A stretch of 49,982 nucleotides of DNA from Spirochaetales bacterium. GTDB taxonomy: Bacteria > Spirochaetota > Spirochaetia > JABMQR01. This document shows positions 1-8,749 of the stretch, one piece after another (within the stretch, counting starts at the first letter, position 1; each line of letters begins with the position of its first letter). The stretch covers positions 1 through 49,982 of the forward strand of contig JAGLNY010000011.1 of NCBI GenBank assembly GCA_023139255.1. The letters run 5' to 3'. Position numbers and translations under genes: made by a program. Below the pieces are notes generated by a model. The model worked only from the letters and a program-made list of their open reading frames with translations, did not search any database and had not been told where the DNA came from.

Positions 1-67
1 AATTTAATTTTGCAATGTTTTTGAATTTTTTGCACGATTTCTGCTGTTATAAAGATTAGGGGGAATT

Positions 68-1165
68 ATGAAATATTTTATCTCACGTATACGTTATAGA
101 TGCCATATGCATTATCTTGCTCTCTTCACAGTATCTATTGCTGCCATACTCCTGTGCAGCTGCAATCCTCTGAGTGATTACCGCGAATTGATGGATACAG
201 ATATTCACCCTCCGGTTATCCTCAGTGCTGAGACCATATCGGCCAACTGTTTTTTATTCGAATTCTCAGAGAATGTTACACCGGTACAGAATAGTTTTAA
301 AGTTCTGCCGCCAACCGGTATCGAAAAAATTCTTATCAAAACTATCAGTAAATACAATGAGCAAAAAGAGCTGCTTTGTATCTATACTGAAAATCTTGTT
401 CCTCCAGGGTCACGATGTTTGGTAGAAGGACAGGTTATTGATCATGCAGGAAATTCTCTTTTCTTCTCTGCTGCTGTATACGGTTGGAACGAGAATATCC
501 CGGAACTGATTATTAATGAGTTTACAACTCAAGGATCAACCGCCAATCCTGACCGGGTTGAGCTGGTAGTACTAAGTGCAGGCAATACAGCAGGTGTCAC
601 TTTCTGTGACGGAGTAAATCTTGACAGGATTCAGCGTATTATATTGCCTCCTCTGGATGTTGAGTCCGGAGACATGATAGTCATTCACTGCGGGAAAGAG
701 ACGGGGGAATGTATAACCGAAACAGTGTCAATGTCAGAATCCGAATCAGTGCATGCATCTGATTTTGCCTGGGATGTCTGGATAGAATCCGGGGAAGGTT
801 TGTCGGGTAATAATGGGATAATAAGCCTGTATACGACCCCGCGCGGAGAACTTATGGACGCGGTTTTTTACAGTAACAGAAATTCAGGTTCGGATACCTC
901 GTACAGGGGATTTGGGAGCAGGATCCTGCTCGACCGGGTTATGATACTTACGGAGCAGGGAGGTTGGCAGTCTTCAGATCTTGAGATTGTCCCGGAGGAC
1001 GGAGTAAACCCCGATGATTCAACAGCCACACGCTCCCTCTGCAGATTCAGCCCATACACGGATACCAACTCCAGTAAGGATTGGTATATTGTCCCAACCG
1101 GCAAATCTACTTTCGGTGAGCTGAATTTTGAGGGTGTCTATATTCCACCAGGAAGCGATCATTGA
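68..1165 (+). CDS. Putative lipoprotein with lamin-tail-like (LTD) domain
   Basis: 365-aa ORF. Hydrophobic N-terminus ends in lipobox-like LLCSC. Central PELIINEF..NPDRVELVVL..G stretch resembles LTD domains. TGA stop. Confidence 0.6.
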   Translation: MKYFISRIRYRCHMHYLALFTVSIAAILLCSCNPLSDYRELMDTDIHPPVILSAETISANCFLFEFSENVTPVQNSFKVLPPTGIEKILIKTISKYNEQKELLCIYTENLVPPGSRCLVEGQVIDHAGNSLFFSAAVYGWNENIPELIINEFTTQGSTANPDRVELVVLSAGNTAGVTFCDGVNLDRIQRIILPPLDVESGDMIVIHCGKETGECITETVSMSESESVHASDFAWDVWIESGEGLSGNNGIISLYTTPRGELMDAVFYSNRNSGSDTSYRGFGSRILLDRVMILTEQGGWQSSDLEIVPEDGVNPDDSTATRSLCRFSPYTDTNSSKDWYIVPTGKSTFGELNFEGVYIPPGSDH

Positions 1166-1193
1166 TTACGTTGATTGGAAGTTTGTATAAACG

Positions 1194-1223
1194 TAAAAAA
1201 ACTGCCGTTACACACCCGGCAGT
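1194..1223 (-). terminator. Rho-independent terminator downstream of trxA
   Basis: Stem ACTGCCG (1201-1207) / CGGCAGT (1217-1223). On the minus strand it is followed by a U run (A run 1195-1200 on plus). Confidence 0.55.
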
Positions 1224-1272
1224 TCTTAAGTAATTATATCTCAATCAAGAGATTTACAGGAAGGGAACCTTA

Positions 1273-1593
1273 CTAAATATACTCAGTAATTAATCCTTCA
1301 ATCATCTGTCTGGAACCTGCCCCAACCCTCTGATTAACTACTTCACCATCTTTAAAAACAAGTAAAGAAGGTATACTTATGATATTATACTTCTGAGCAA
1401 TTTCTCCTTGCTCATCAACATTTAGCTTTCCAACTCTCACTTTATCTGCATGAGCTTCGGCAATTTCAGCAACTATCGGTCCAATCATTTTACACGGCAT
1501 ACACCATGCTGCCCAAAAATCCACAAGAACGGGTTTATCAGATTTTAGTACTTCTGTCTCAAAATTATCAACTGTTAATACTATTTCACTCAT
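1273..1593 (-). CDS. trxA: Thioredoxin
   Basis: 106 aa, typical thioredoxin length. VDFWAAWCMPCK active site (WCMPC variant of WCGPC). Conserved IPSLLVFKDGE. Confidence 0.93.
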   Translation of the reverse strand: MSEIVLTVDNFETEVLKSDKPVLVDFWAAWCMPCKMIGPIVAEIAEAHADKVRVGKLNVDEQGEIAQKYNIISIPSLLVFKDGEVVNQRVGAGSRQMIEGLITEYI

Positions 1594-1710
1594 ATATACA
1601 TTTCCTCCTTTACACTATCTGTTACTACTATATAGAGAAAAAACAGAAAAGAAAAGAGGATATGCTGATTATCCACTCAGCATACCCTCTTATGCTATAG
1701 TATAAAATTG

Positions 1711-2181
1711 TTATTTTTTACTCTCTTTCACAGGTTTTACTTTTAATTTACCATTTACTCCTGCACTTTCCTCTGCCGCAAAAATGACTGCTTCTCCTTC
1801 ATTTGATTTTTCTGCTATAGAAATTTCATCTTTCTTTATATTTCTATTTGACTGAGGTTTAAATTCAACATGCTCGGCAACCAATACAACACGCTCATGT
1901 TTTTTCTCATCTGCACTAACCCAACGCTCTTGTTTCAATCTCCCAACGACCCGGACGCCCCTCCCTTTCTCCAGATAGGTAGAACAGCTGCCGGCTAGCT
2001 TAGCCCATGTCTCTACTGCAAAAAACGAGACCTCCTGCTGCTGCTGCTGCTGTTCGCCGCTTTTAAAGTACCTGTTTGTTGCAATAGTGAATTTGCACAC
2101 AGGGGTTCCTTTCGGTGTAGTAACCTGCTCCGGATCTCTCGTTAGATTCCCCTCGATAATTACAGAATTCAAATTGTTCAT
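1711..2181 (-). CDS. ssb: Single-stranded DNA-binding protein lacking the canonical acidic C-terminal tip
   Basis: OB-fold N-terminus NSVIIEGNLTRDPE..FTIATNR..FFAVETWAKLA. SD GGAGA upstream. C-terminus ends KPVKESKK instead of D-D-D-I-P-F. Confidence 0.88.
   Translation of the reverse strand: MNNLNSVIIEGNLTRDPEQVTTPKGTPVCKFTIATNRYFKSGEQQQQQQEVSFFAVETWAKLAGSCSTYLEKGRGVRVVGRLKQERWVSADEKKHERVVLVAEHVEFKPQSNRNIKKDEISIAEKSNEGEAVIFAAEESAGVNGKLKVKPVKESKK
2035..2052 (-). repeat. (CAG)6 trinucleotide repeat inside ssb encoding Q6
   Basis: Six perfect CTG units on the plus strand, matching the QQQQQQ run in the SSB translation. Confidence 0.95.
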
Positions 2182-2412
2182 TTTTTTTTCTCCTTATTAT
2201 TATTAAGTCTTACTACTATTTACTTGTAGAATCAGAAGGAAAATTCAAAAATTTCAATTATTCCTAAAAAAATATTGCTGTTGAACCTTGAACTATCTAA
2301 TCCCTATATGCCATAAATGATATATGACTCAGATAATCTGTGTTATGGTGGTAAAATCACAAGTCTGATAAAGATTAATATCAGGAGTTTGTCGGACTTG
2401 AGGCAGCATACA

Positions 2413-2506
2413 GGTGCACTGTACAACTTAAAGCTTTGGATTCTTACTTGTAGCCAACAAGTGTCTACTGCGTAAGAACCTGTAAGTTTAAGCTGTACAG
2501 TACACC
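2413..2506. repeat. Rod-like hairpin element, short copy (A)
   Basis: 94-nt imperfect palindrome, GGTGCACTGTACA...TGTACAGTACACC. It is the reverse complement of 4759-4920 minus an apical 68 nt (arms 38/39 and 55/60 identical by hand alignment). It ends 4 nt before the AGGAGG SD of the downstream gene. Confidence 0.85.
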
Positions 2507-2521
2507 AGGAGGAGTTTCTTT

Positions 2522-3220
2522 ATGTCAAACCTGACAGTAATATCTTTAGGCGGATCAATTATCTCACCGGATAGTGTTGATCAGGAATTTATTAAGCTAT
2601 TCAGGAAAATCGTGATGGAGTATCTGGCAGAGGATACCAGCAGAAAACTGATAATTGTAACCGGCGGCGGAGCCCCGGCGAGAATCTATCAGAATGCCTG
2701 TAGAGAGATCATTGCGAACCCAAAATCTGATGATCTTGACTGGATCGGAGTGGCTGCAACTCATTTGAATGGACAACTTATTAAGGCAGTATTTTACGAT
2801 GCCTGTTTTGATCCGCTCGTAACCGACCCAACTGCAGACATTACTTTCACTGGAAAAATCCTTACTGCCGCAGGATGGAAACCTGGGTTTTCCTCCGATA
2901 ATGATGCTGTCATCCTTGCTGAAAGATTCGGGGCAGGCAGGATTGTAAATCTTTCCAATATAAAAAAAGTTTATACAGCTGATCCAAAAAAAGATCCTTC
3001 CGCAAAGCCGCTTGATCATATTGGGTGGAATGCTTTTCGCTCTATGGTTGGCGATATCTGGGTACCGGGAACAAATGTACCGTTTGATCCTATTGCCGCA
3101 AAAAGAGCTTCAGAAATAGGACTTCAGGTTATTACAGCAGAGGGACGCAATTTGGGGAATTTCAGAAAAATTCTCATTGAAGGTAGTTTTGAGGGAACCA
3201 CCATCGGACCTGAATTATAG
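2522..3220 (+). CDS. pyrH: Archaeal-type UMP (uridylate) kinase, amino-acid-kinase fold
   Basis: 232 aa. ISLGGS, IIVTGGG and VYTADPKKDPSAK motifs match archaeal-type PyrH. Strong SD AGGAGG. Confidence 0.8.
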   Translation: MSNLTVISLGGSIISPDSVDQEFIKLFRKIVMEYLAEDTSRKLIIVTGGGAPARIYQNACREIIANPKSDDLDWIGVAATHLNGQLIKAVFYDACFDPLVTDPTADITFTGKILTAAGWKPGFSSDNDAVILAERFGAGRIVNLSNIKKVYTADPKKDPSAKPLDHIGWNAFRSMVGDIWVPGTNVPFDPIAAKRASEIGLQVITAEGRNLGNFRKILIEGSFEGTTIGPEL

Positions 3221-3231
3221 ATCACATCTTT

Positions 3232-4194
3232 TTAGTGGATGAAACCCTCCCGATAATGCCATACCGGATCTGCAAAAGATGAAGGAAATGGGTTTACATG
3301 AGTAAAATCAGGAACCCAATCTGTGTAATCAGTATCACTTATTTCCTGGATATAACCATCTTCAATCCCATATATATCCAACATTGAGAGAATTTTTTCA
3401 TACTCTTTCCCGGAAACTTTCACGCCGCCTTCGGAAGGAATTCCGTTTGTATCTACAAACTGTACAAGGATCGAGAGTAGAATCTTATTACGAAAACGGG
3501 AATTGGTTCCCAACCAATGGATTACTCTTTCCGTAGAATCAAGCTCTCCTGGAAGAACCAGGTGTCTTACTATTGTCCCGCTCAACAAATTATTTTTATC
3601 CCCAAATCTGATTGTTCTCTTACTAACCATGATATCAAGAGCATTAACAGCGATTTCCGGATAAATTCCTGAGTTGCAGAATTCCTGGCTGTGTTCTCTG
3701 GAAAGTGTCTTTATATCTGCAAGAAAAATATCAACTACAGGCAAGATAACCTGCAGCCCTTCAATAGACTCAAATGACGAAGTGTTCCATACAATAGGAA
3801 TCGTAAGGCCGTTTGCTCTTGCTTCATCTATTCCTTCCCGTATAGAGGGAATAAACTGTGTCCCGGTAACCAGATTAATATTTGCTGCACCTTTTTTTTC
3901 AAGGATCAGGCAGATTTTAGAGAAGTCACCTTTGGATATGGTCCTGCCAATATTGTTTTGGCTAATCTGCCTATTCTGACAATAACTGCAGTGCAGAGTA
4001 CATCCGGTAAAAAAGATTGTACCGGATCCTGATTGTACACTTATCGGCGGTTCCTCTCCCCTATGTATACCGGCAAATGCAGCTCTCATTTCAGGTCCCT
4101 GACCGCAGAATCCCTTTTCCCCCAATATCCTGTCAACTTCACAGAGCCGGGGGCATAATCTGCAAGTTTTATAGAGGTGCTTATAGGTAGTCAT
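3232..4194 (-). CDS. Radical SAM protein, PflX-like (PFL-activase homolog)
   Basis: CTLHCSYCQN (CxxxCxxC) cluster plus N-terminal CRLCPRLC..C. 320 aa. No SD. The ATG lies 3 nt after the stop of the upstream IS-fragment ORF. Confidence 0.8.
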   Translation of the reverse strand: MTTYKHLYKTCRLCPRLCEVDRILGEKGFCGQGPEMRAAFAGIHRGEEPPISVQSGSGTIFFTGCTLHCSYCQNRQISQNNIGRTISKGDFSKICLILEKKGAANINLVTGTQFIPSIREGIDEARANGLTIPIVWNTSSFESIEGLQVILPVVDIFLADIKTLSREHSQEFCNSGIYPEIAVNALDIMVSKRTIRFGDKNNLLSGTIVRHLVLPGELDSTERVIHWLGTNSRFRNKILLSILVQFVDTNGIPSEGGVKVSGKEYEKILSMLDIYGIEDGYIQEISDTDYTDWVPDFTHVNPFPSSFADPVWHYREGFIH

Positions 4195-4197
4195 AGG

Positions 4198-4617
4198 TCA
4201 ATCTATCTTGAATTGTTTCCTCATTCGCTTGTGGATTAATTTAAAAACTATCTTGATTACCTCGTCACCCAGCCTTCTCCGGAAATGTACCAGCAGACTG
4301 GAATCAAACGGAACCCCGTCATGATATGCATCCAGACCAATAAAATACTGCATATAATGATTTTCAGCAATCAATTCTACAATCTCCCGGTCACTTACTC
4401 CCAGAATCCGCTGAATTACAACAGCCCCAAGTGCCATCCTGAATGGTTTGGAAGGAGCCCCTTTCCTTGTAGAAAATGATCTGGCATACGTATGTTCCAG
4501 GTCGTCCCAAGGGATCAGACTGCTAAGCCGTACCCACCGGTTATCATCATTAATATATCCGCCGAATGGTATATAAAACTCATCAAAACCAAGCTGCTTT
4601 GATTGTTTTCGGTACAT
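4198..4617 (-). pseudogene. IS5/IS1182-type transposase, N-terminal (DUF772-like) fragment only
   Basis: MYRKQSKQLGFDEF..NRWVRLSSLIPWD..FRMALGAVVIQRILGVSDREIVELIAENHYMQYFIGL is the typical N-terminal domain. The ATG at 4617 has SD GGAGG. The ORF stops after about 140 aa and no DDE domain follows. Confidence 0.75.
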
Positions 4618-4758
4618 GCTGAAATCCTCCACTCCGTCAACATATCCATTACTATCAATTGCACAACAAGCAATCACTGCTGGTTTATATTTTAGATGAT
4701 ACACTGAAGGACAACTATGAATGGAATATCAGGAGGTACAGCAATCAGTAATGGTACT

Positions 4759-4920
4759 GGTGCACTGTACAGCTTAAACTTACAGGTTCTTACGCAGGAC
4801 CCAACAGATGGATACAAGAAAGAAAACGAAACCATAGCTAGCTATGGTGATGTTTTCTGACGCAGTAGACACCTGTTGGCTACAAGTAAGAATCCTATGC
4901 TTTAAGTTGTATAGTGCACT
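4759..4920. repeat. Rod-like hairpin element, long copy (B)
   Basis: 162-nt near-continuous palindrome. Extra apical segment 4798-4865 contains the perfect 18-nt palindrome ACCATAGCTAGCTATGGT (4831-4848) and is bounded by duplicated CGCAG. Inverted relative to copy A. Confidence 0.85.
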
Positions 4921-4953
4921 AGTTTTATAATACCACAGATATACGCGGTAAAA

Positions 4954-6912
4954 TCAAAAATATTTGAAATATATTCCTGCTGACAGACCACCGGAAAAAC
5001 TGTCGAATCCCGCATACGCGGTAATTCGCAGAGGTTTAAGCCCTATCAGTGATATATCGCACTCCATCTGCATACCGGCTGCCCAAAGAAAGTTGTCAAA
5101 TATTCCTAAATCGGTATAGCCGGACACCCGAAGATTTTTCAGGATAACAAGCTCGGCAAAGGTTTGTTTCCATGCTGAAGGAATAAATACAATTTCAGTA
5201 GAACTTATTACATTTGAGTCATATAATCCATTTGGTAACGTGGACCGAATATAATCACGATTATAATACGATGTTTTCCCATCTCCATCCAGCGAAATTC
5301 TTGTGAAAAGTCTTTGAGAAAAATCAAAATCTCCCATAACCGGGAAGGATACCCCTAAAGAGCCAAACATTTCATTCCTTGAAAAATCTGCCAATTGATA
5401 TCCTGCCTCAATAAAACCTGCGCCGCTTCGTTCAATAGTTCTGTGAAGGGAGTAACGGGCACCAGTGGTTAACAATGAAGAATAAACAGAAGAATCCCAG
5501 GTACCGATAATCTCAAATGATATGGGCACATCAAACCTACTGTCTGTATCAGCAAATGGAACGGTATGAATCGCAGCTTTGGTATAGAAAGATCCCAAGA
5601 TGTCGGAAATACCGGAAAAATCAAAGGATTGTCTGTACTTTAATTCAGTTTGCAAAAAGAAAAAGGGGGAATAGGCTGCATCAAGCTGTAAAGAAGGAAT
5701 AAAAGTCAATGTATTATACGTATCCCAAACTTCACCCCAGGAAATCCTTCCCTGAAGAGGACCTGCCGCTACCCCTGCCCCTGCTGAAAAGTACATATCA
5801 TCAAGCAGGTAGGTTGATGCATAGGGGTAAAAATTGTTTTCAACACTAATGTCAACTGTTACTGTACTCCTCATAATTTCTATGCGGGAGGTGTATTGGT
5901 AATTTCGTAATTCCAGTGCCAGACGTTCCGAAAAAATATCTCTTTTCACCCATAGCTGAGAATTCGCATGAGAACCGCTAAGCTGTTCCAGTTCACGAAA
6001 CATCTCTTTTGCCGACTGATATCCGGCATCAGATATTTCTCTGAGACTCGCAAAATCCATAAATGAAAATTCCTCTACATTACAGCGTATCAGGAGCGGA
6101 TCAAACTCTTTTATCTGTTGAATGCCAGTCCTGCTTTTATTGATATCCATTGCGGTATTCAATATAGTGAGCGGATTCTTCAGGTTAAGATCAGGATTTT
6201 TGTAAAATGTGGTTGAGGCAATCACCTGATTTGTATATTGATATGCAGCACTTAATGGTACAAGGTTTGAAATTCCCCCGTCAATCAGCAGCCGGTTTTT
6301 GTACTGAATAGGTGAAAAGTAGACCGGCAGTGCATAGGCTGCCTCCATAATCGTATAAAAATCACCTTCCGTGATTCTGATCTCTCTTTTCTCAATAAGA
6401 TCTTCACAAATTACCATTACAGGTATTGGCAAATCCGCAAGGTCAAGATCTCCAATATACTGATGCATCAGACTGGTAAACTTGCTCACATCAAGCAATC
6501 CTCCCAAAATCGGCAAGGTCAGCTCGAACAAGTTTCCTATATCAGTAGATTCTATAAGCTGGTAGATTTGGTCGGGTGACAATCCTGCTCCGTACAGCAG
6601 CCCGACAATAGATCCCATTGAGTTTGAAACTATGAAATCAGGGACTATCCCTACTTCTTCCAGATATTTGAGAACTCCTATATGTGCAAATGCGCGTGCT
6701 GATCCTCCTGAAAGCACCAATCCTACTGGTTCCCGGGTTCCCCCTGTCAGTGATTCAATTCGTTGTATGAATTTTTCTTCACCATACACAACCGGGATAT
6801 CCATGTTGAATATAGTGTCTGCTTCATTGGAAAAGAGTAAAACCCCGGAAATGAACATGAAAACAACCAAGAGTAAGATGATTTTATTAAGTAATCGAGA
6901 ATTTTGTTTCAT
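4954..6912 (-). CDS. Patatin-like phospholipase fused to a C-terminal outer-membrane beta-barrel (type Vd autotransporter-like, PlpD/FplA-like)
   Basis: Signal peptide. GGSARAF (oxyanion), SNSMGS (GxSxG) and LIDGG (catalytic Asp). The C-terminal ~300 aa have an alternating aromatic/Gly pattern and end in ..GIYFKYF. Confidence 0.8.
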   Translation of the reverse strand: MKQNSRLLNKIILLLVVFMFISGVLLFSNEADTIFNMDIPVVYGEEKFIQRIESLTGGTREPVGLVLSGGSARAFAHIGVLKYLEEVGIVPDFIVSNSMGSIVGLLYGAGLSPDQIYQLIESTDIGNLFELTLPILGGLLDVSKFTSLMHQYIGDLDLADLPIPVMVICEDLIEKREIRITEGDFYTIMEAAYALPVYFSPIQYKNRLLIDGGISNLVPLSAAYQYTNQVIASTTFYKNPDLNLKNPLTILNTAMDINKSRTGIQQIKEFDPLLIRCNVEEFSFMDFASLREISDAGYQSAKEMFRELEQLSGSHANSQLWVKRDIFSERLALELRNYQYTSRIEIMRSTVTVDISVENNFYPYASTYLLDDMYFSAGAGVAAGPLQGRISWGEVWDTYNTLTFIPSLQLDAAYSPFFFLQTELKYRQSFDFSGISDILGSFYTKAAIHTVPFADTDSRFDVPISFEIIGTWDSSVYSSLLTTGARYSLHRTIERSGAGFIEAGYQLADFSRNEMFGSLGVSFPVMGDFDFSQRLFTRISLDGDGKTSYYNRDYIRSTLPNGLYDSNVISSTEIVFIPSAWKQTFAELVILKNLRVSGYTDLGIFDNFLWAAGMQMECDISLIGLKPLRITAYAGFDSFSGGLSAGIYFKYF

Positions 6913-6959
6913 GAACCATGTATATCCTGTTTATTGAGAAAGTGTTTTAAGTGAAAAGA

Positions 6960-7271
6960 TTATACGAACTTAACAGCTGTACCATAGACCATGACTTCGG
7001 CTGCTCCCTGCATAACATTGCTGGTGGCATACCTGACATTAATAACTGCATCAGCCTTTAGTTTTTCAGCTTCTCCGACCATCCGCTTCGTTGCGATTGC
7101 CCTGGCCTCATTCAGCATTGTGGAGTACCCATCCAGCTCTCCCCCAATAATGGTTTTAAGACCGGCCATAATATCTCTCCCTATATTCTTTGACTGAATG
7201 GTTGAACCCTTCACAATTGAGAGAGTTTCTACTTCCTTCCCGGAAATATAATCAGTATTTACTAAGATCAT
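6960..7271 (-). CDS. YbjQ/UPF0145 family protein
   Basis: 103 aa. GKEVE..GS..SKNIGRDI.AGLK.I.GGE..GY...L.EAR..A..RM is typical of the family. Confidence 0.85.
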   Translation of the reverse strand: MILVNTDYISGKEVETLSIVKGSTIQSKNIGRDIMAGLKTIIGGELDGYSTMLNEARAIATKRMVGEAEKLKADAVINVRYATSNVMQGAAEVMVYGTAVKFV

Positions 7272-7467
7272 CAGAATCCTCCTCCTGTATTTCTTTATGC
7301 CTTTTTATCAATAGATAGCCCATGGTAACAATTAACGAAGCTAAAATCAGGGCGACAAGTACCTTATAGAAGCCGGGAATCGGCAGTTGTAAAACAACCT
7401 TGATATAGACTGCTATGATTGCAACAAAAACCAGGGCGAAAAAAGTCGGTGCAAACATCTTACCCAT
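7252..7467 (-). CDS. Small two-TM membrane protein
   Basis: 71 aa with two hydrophobic helices and an acidic tail. Overlaps the downstream YbjQ gene by 20 nt (operon-like). No recognisable family. Confidence 0.45.
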   Translation of the reverse strand: MGKMFAPTFFALVFVAIIAVYIKVVLQLPIPGFYKVLVALILASLIVTMGYLLIKRHKEIQEEDSDDLSKY

Positions 7468-7604
7468 AAAAAGCCTCCTGAAAAATATATTTCAACCACT
7501 GCTAATGCTAGAAAGTATATACCACATGTGCATCATCTGCAAATTGACTTTTGAAGTTTTCGATTGATAATTATTTTAAAATAGTATAGGGTTTGTTCTC
7601 AATT

Positions 7605-7688
7605 GCCGGCGTGGTGAAATTGGTAGACACGATAGACTCAAAATCTATTGGGGGTAACCCTGTATCGGTTCAAGTCCGATCGCCGGTA
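7605..7688 (+). tRNA. tRNA-Leu (anticodon CAA)
   Basis: Hand-folded cloverleaf. Acceptor GCCGGCG/CGCCGGT, anticodon stem ATAGA/TCTAT with loop CTCAAAA, long variable arm, T-arm ATCGG-TTCAAGT-CCGAT, discriminator A. Confidence 0.9.
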
Positions 7689-7702
7689 TAGATTCTTTTT
7701 CG

Positions 7703-7736
7703 CAACTCCTTGTTCGTACAGGAGTTGTTTTTATTT
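7703..7736 (+). terminator. Terminator after tRNA-Leu
   Basis: CAACTCCT (7703-7710) / AGGAGTTG (7720-7727) stem followed by TTTTTATTT. Confidence 0.6.
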
Positions 7737-7767
7737 CTATCAGAAGATCCCCAAAAAATAACTTTGA

Positions 7768-7796
7768 TTGCAACATTGATAAACAGATAGTATAAT
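7768..7796 (+). promoter_or_regulatory. Sigma70-like promoter of the chemosensory operon
   Basis: TTGCAA (7768-7773), 17-nt spacer, TATAAT (7791-7796), about 35 nt upstream of the cheW start. Confidence 0.45.
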
Positions 7797-7829
7797 ATTT
7801 ACAGGATCAGTTTGTTATTGGGAGGATTT

Positions 7830-8327
7830 ATGGACGTTGGTAGTCAAGTTGCTGCATCTGATGAAGATTTGGAATCCTGGCAGGAAGAAGAAAAGTATGA
7901 AAATTTTCTCGTCTGTTCATTAGATAATACTCTGTTTGCATTCCATAGTACCTATATCACAAAAGTCGAACCATACGTTCACATCACATACGTCCCAGGC
8001 TGCCCTGAGTATGTTTTGGGAGTTATTCACATACGTGGAAAAATTGAGTCTGTCCTGGACCTTCGCACCATTCTGGGATTGGTCAAAAAAGAGCCCGATT
8101 CAAAATCCAGGATTATCCTGTTCAAGACTGACAAACTTGATTCAGGGTTTTTAGTAGATAGTGTTGAAGATATTGTATCTATTCCCCAGAGTGCCCTACA
8201 GCAACCTCTATCATCACTTCCTGATGCAATAAAACTACTAATCAGCGGTGAATTTCATTATCAAAACAGACACATCGTGATACTTGATGTGGATAAACTA
8301 TCAGAAAAAATATTGGAAATAGAATGA
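7830..8327 (+). CDS. cheW: CheW-like coupling protein (WspB/D-like)
   Basis: CheW domain pattern FLVCSLDNTLFAF..V..V...P..P.YVLGVIHIRGKIESVLDLR. ATG at 7830 follows GGAGG; the ORF track starts at TTG 7812. The stop overlaps the next start (ATGA). Confidence 0.85.
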   Translation: MDVGSQVAASDEDLESWQEEEKYENFLVCSLDNTLFAFHSTYITKVEPYVHITYVPGCPEYVLGVIHIRGKIESVLDLRTILGLVKKEPDSKSRIILFKTDKLDSGFLVDSVEDIVSIPQSALQQPLSSLPDAIKLLISGEFHYQNRHIVILDVDKLSEKILEIE

Positions 8328-8749
8328 TAGCAGACAACACTTCTACTCAAAATATGATTGAGGTACGAACATACCTTATATTCTCGTTTTCCCATTATCT
8401 ATTGGCAATAGAGGCTCGTTATATAAGTCATATATCATCTGTCGTTTCCAAAGGTGAAGACGATCTCATATATACATTAGATTTGCTTTTCTCCAACTAC
8501 GACAATCATAGATCCAGTAAAAACCCAAAGTATATTCATCTAAAAATTGGAGAGATTATCCAAATTGACGATCTTGAAGATATCTTTGAAGTTCCATCAA
8601 ATAAGCTCTTTTCTCTACCAAAGGATATTAAAACCATGAGGCGGTCAATGGCAATATGCAACCTCATAGTTCTTAACAATTCGATAACAGCAATATTGGA
8701 CCCAACCATTCTCATACAGGAATTTACCAAATCCAGGGAGGCATCATGA
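8324..8749 (+). CDS. Divergent CheW-like protein
   Basis: 141 aa. YLIFSFSHYLLAIEARYISHI resembles the CheW N-terminal strand pattern. ATGA overlaps on both sides place it in the operon. Confidence 0.6.
   Translation: MIADNTSTQNMIEVRTYLIFSFSHYLLAIEARYISHISSVVSKGEDDLIYTLDLLFSNYDNHRSSKNPKYIHLKIGEIIQIDDLEDIFEVPSNKLFSLPKDIKTMRRSMAICNLIVLNNSITAILDPTILIQEFTKSREAS

Noticed and set aside
2377-4735. The 11-mer AATATCAGGAG occurs 23-25 nt upstream (plus strand) of both hairpin copies (2377-2387 and 4725-4735), possibly a target-site motif.
   Set aside because: It is in direct orientation while the elements are inverted, so it does not fit a simple target-site model. A chance match or SD-like sequence cannot be excluded with only two copies.
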